This document shows positions 61,686 through 64,000 of a stretch of DNA of 64,000 nucleotides, in pieces; position 1 is the stretch's first letter; each line of letters begins with the position of its first letter. Source of the stretch: Octopus sinensis. Lineage: Eukaryota. A program made the translations under genes and the position numbers. The stretch lies in assembly GCF_006345805.1 (NCBI RefSeq), contig NW_021833418.1, positions 1-64,000 on the forward strand. Reading direction: 5' to 3'. The notes below the pieces were generated by a model. That model was not told the origin of the DNA, searched no databases, and was given only the letters and a program-made list of their open reading frames with translations.

Positions 61686-63921
61686 ATGGAGACGTACTGC
61701 CTCCAATTCTCGAAAGTATAATTGGGGAGTAAAGAAAGGTGAATCCGAGTGGGGAAGTGGTGAAGGTGGGGATCGAGGAGGAGGGGTTCTATGTGTACTG
61801 CATAGGAAAAGTGAGTGAGTGAGTGAGAAGTAGAAAATATACTTCATCGACACGGGGATAATTCTGGACGTGCGGAGGGGAGCGCGGACGTCCTTCGCCA
61901 AAGTAAGGAGTGTGGTGAATGGCAGGAAATGGGCGAGTACCGCCTGATGAGGAAGGAAGTGGAGACGCTCACTCCGAAGAGGACCCTCACGATAATATTC
62001 GGGAATAGTTTAGTGGAGACAGAGCGAGCGACATTTGTGTTTTACAAGTCGAGTGAGGCAGAGGTGGGGAGGGTGTATATTTGCAGAGATTCGGCGACTT
62101 TCTGCTGAGTGTGATGAAGGGCGGAGGGGTGACTTGCCCTCTGACTCAACTGCGGAAAATATATTCGAGATATCGACTGGTAATACGCCATTATGGGAAA
62201 ATGCGACTGTCGAGGTTGTGGGAGTGAGTGATAGGCAGTCTGACTAAGAATTACCAGCAATTGGGGAACAGGAAGGTGAACAAGGCTTTGTTGTACGCAA
62301 ACATGGACAAAGTAGGCCTGTTTGGTCACTCTGAGAGTAACTTTCTGACTGCCGACAATTTTACATTCGATCACTTTTTCCTGTTTTACACAAGCCTGTC
62401 GAATTGTCTCAACTTGAGAAAAATATTGAAGTGGACTATGGACGATCTGGGGGACTTGTTGAAGGAAAATAAAGTGTCGATGGAGGTGATTGGCACGTTC
62501 GAGACAGACGAAGGACTGAGACAGAAAGGTAGGGAGGAGTGGCATTGCAGGGGTGGTGTCGATGGAGGGAGTACTGAAATATCTGTTGAGTGACCACAAC
62601 CTGTACAGGAGTGAGAGGACGGACGACATGGACCGTCCACTGCACGAGTACTTCATCAACTCATCACACAACACTTATTTAGTGGGTCAGTCACCACCAA
62701 GCACTTCATAGGCAATCAAGTGGGCAGTAGGGCAGTGGTCGACAATTACCATCTCGTCCTCATGCAGGGTTGTCGGTGTGTCGAACTGGACTGCTGGGAT
62801 GGGCACAACTGTGAGCCCATCGTGACACACGGCTACTCCATCTGCACTCTTGTGTCCTTCAAGGTACAGTCGTGTGTCCACTCAAGGATGTTGTCCACGC
62901 CATTGCTGAGAGTGCATTCAAGACCTCCCAATTCCCCGTCATTCTGTCCATCGAAAACCACTGCTCGTACAACTCCCTGTTAATCAGTAGCAAAAAGGTT
63001 GAGGAAAAAATGGTAAAGTATATCAAACAAGTTTTCGGGGACATGCTCCTCCCGCCTGTATCCTGTCCTAATTTCTACACTCTCACTCAGCTCAAAAAGA
63101 GAATTCTCATCAAGTCCAAAAGTTGTGTCTTCTCTAATCAGCCACATGACTGCCTCGCCTCGGTGGTGTACCTCAAGTCCGTCCCCTTCAAGGAGGACGC
63201 CCAATCAATCATGACGTCTCTGTCGGAAACGGTGGCCACCACGCAGATCGAGACGAGATTCTCCCAATTCTGCAAGTTTGTGTTGTTTTGCTATTCTGGT
63301 TCAACACGCAAAACATTACGAGGATTTACCCCAAGGGCACGAGAATAACGTCCTCCAACTACAACCCTGCGGTAGTCCACACAACTCATTCCTAGTACTT
63401 CTGGACTGCCGGCTCTCAAATGGTTGCCATGAACTTCCAGACTTTGGGTGAGCATTAGTCCACCATAGTAGACGAAAATATGCAGACCAATCTGTCCTTC
63501 TTTGAGTCCAACCAACACTCCGGATATGTCCTCAAACCCCCACCCCCAATCCAAACCCAGCACATGCACATCCACGTTGTCCCCTCTCATATTCCAGTTG
63601 ATTTCACTCCATCTCAACCCTCCATCCAACTCCCTCTCACACTGCAGAATTACAATACTCGGCCACCACACTATTAAAATCACTTTCCATTCTGCCAAAA
63701 ACAAACTCACACACAAAATAAACAAACAACTTACTCTCCCCAACGTCCCCCGTTCCCCCATCACTCTCCTCCGCCTCGCCCTCGAGGACAAAAACGACAA
63801 CCTCATCGCACAGAACATGCTTCCCGTCACACATCTCAATCACGGCTACTTGTTCATTCCCCTCAAAAACGCACTCAACCAACTTCACGACTTTTCTGTC
63901 CTCTTCTTGCATCACCACTAA
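61686..63921 (+). CDS. Phosphoinositide-specific phospholipase C (X box, Y box, C2-like tail)
   Basis: DMDRPLHEYFINSSHNTYL, QGCRCVELDCWDG, PIVTHG, FPVILSIENHCS, RIYP, SSNYNP, MVAMNFQT, GYVLKP, split by micro-introns. Start codon tentative. Confidence 0.92.
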
Positions 63922-64000
63922 TTTTTTATTTTCATTCACTCATTCTTTATATTCAAGCGACTTCCCCAGACATCACTCTTTGCTCTCCCGTCATATATGC

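Noticed and set aside
46890-63921. Lipid-metabolism gene cluster (GALC, CERT, PLC)
   Set aside because: The genes are separated by HSP110 and transposons, with no shared regulatory signal seen. Chance adjacency is sufficient.
62042-63939. Long minus-strand ORFs over PLC, and similar ones over HSP110, CERT and thiolase
   Set aside because: These are antisense shadows of GC-rich coding sequence with no recognisable motifs.

Overview
Eukaryotic genomic DNA with no prokaryotic operons, CRISPR arrays or rRNA seen. Short GC-rich gene islands with miniature spliceosomal introns (mostly 21-29 nt, several GC-AG) sit in an AT-rich background dense with decayed transposons: Tc1/IS630, pogo/Tigger, hAT, CRE-like, R4/Dong-like, RTE- and Jockey/L2-like non-LTR elements, integrase remnants and a possible Helitron. 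The gene set (SKP1, HADHB-type thiolase, CTR copper transporter, proteasome beta-2, GALC, HSP110, CERT, phospholipase C) looks metazoan. With the tiny introns this suggests a compacted animal parasite such as a myxozoan or dicyemid; this is inference, not provable here. Bases 1-~11.1 kb recur at ~28.67-42.3 kb. The second copy carries extra transposon insertions whose empty sites are visible in the first. The most striking finding is absent from the ORF track: two paralogous micro-intron-split genes (7993-8223 and 8726-8919, duplicated at 39250-39480 and 39983-40176). They encode signal peptide + acidic propiece + KR + cationic amphipathic helix + Gly-Arg(-Arg), the architecture of amidated antimicrobial/cytolytic peptide precursors. 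Also notable: a near-complete RLE-type non-LTR retrotransposon between ~429-bp near-identical direct repeats, a Tigger transposase carrying a host-type 25-nt intron, a 10x48-bp coding repeat in CERT, and strong G-to-C skew switches inside genes. All translations and alignments were done by eye, and family assignments rest on remembered motifs, not database searches.
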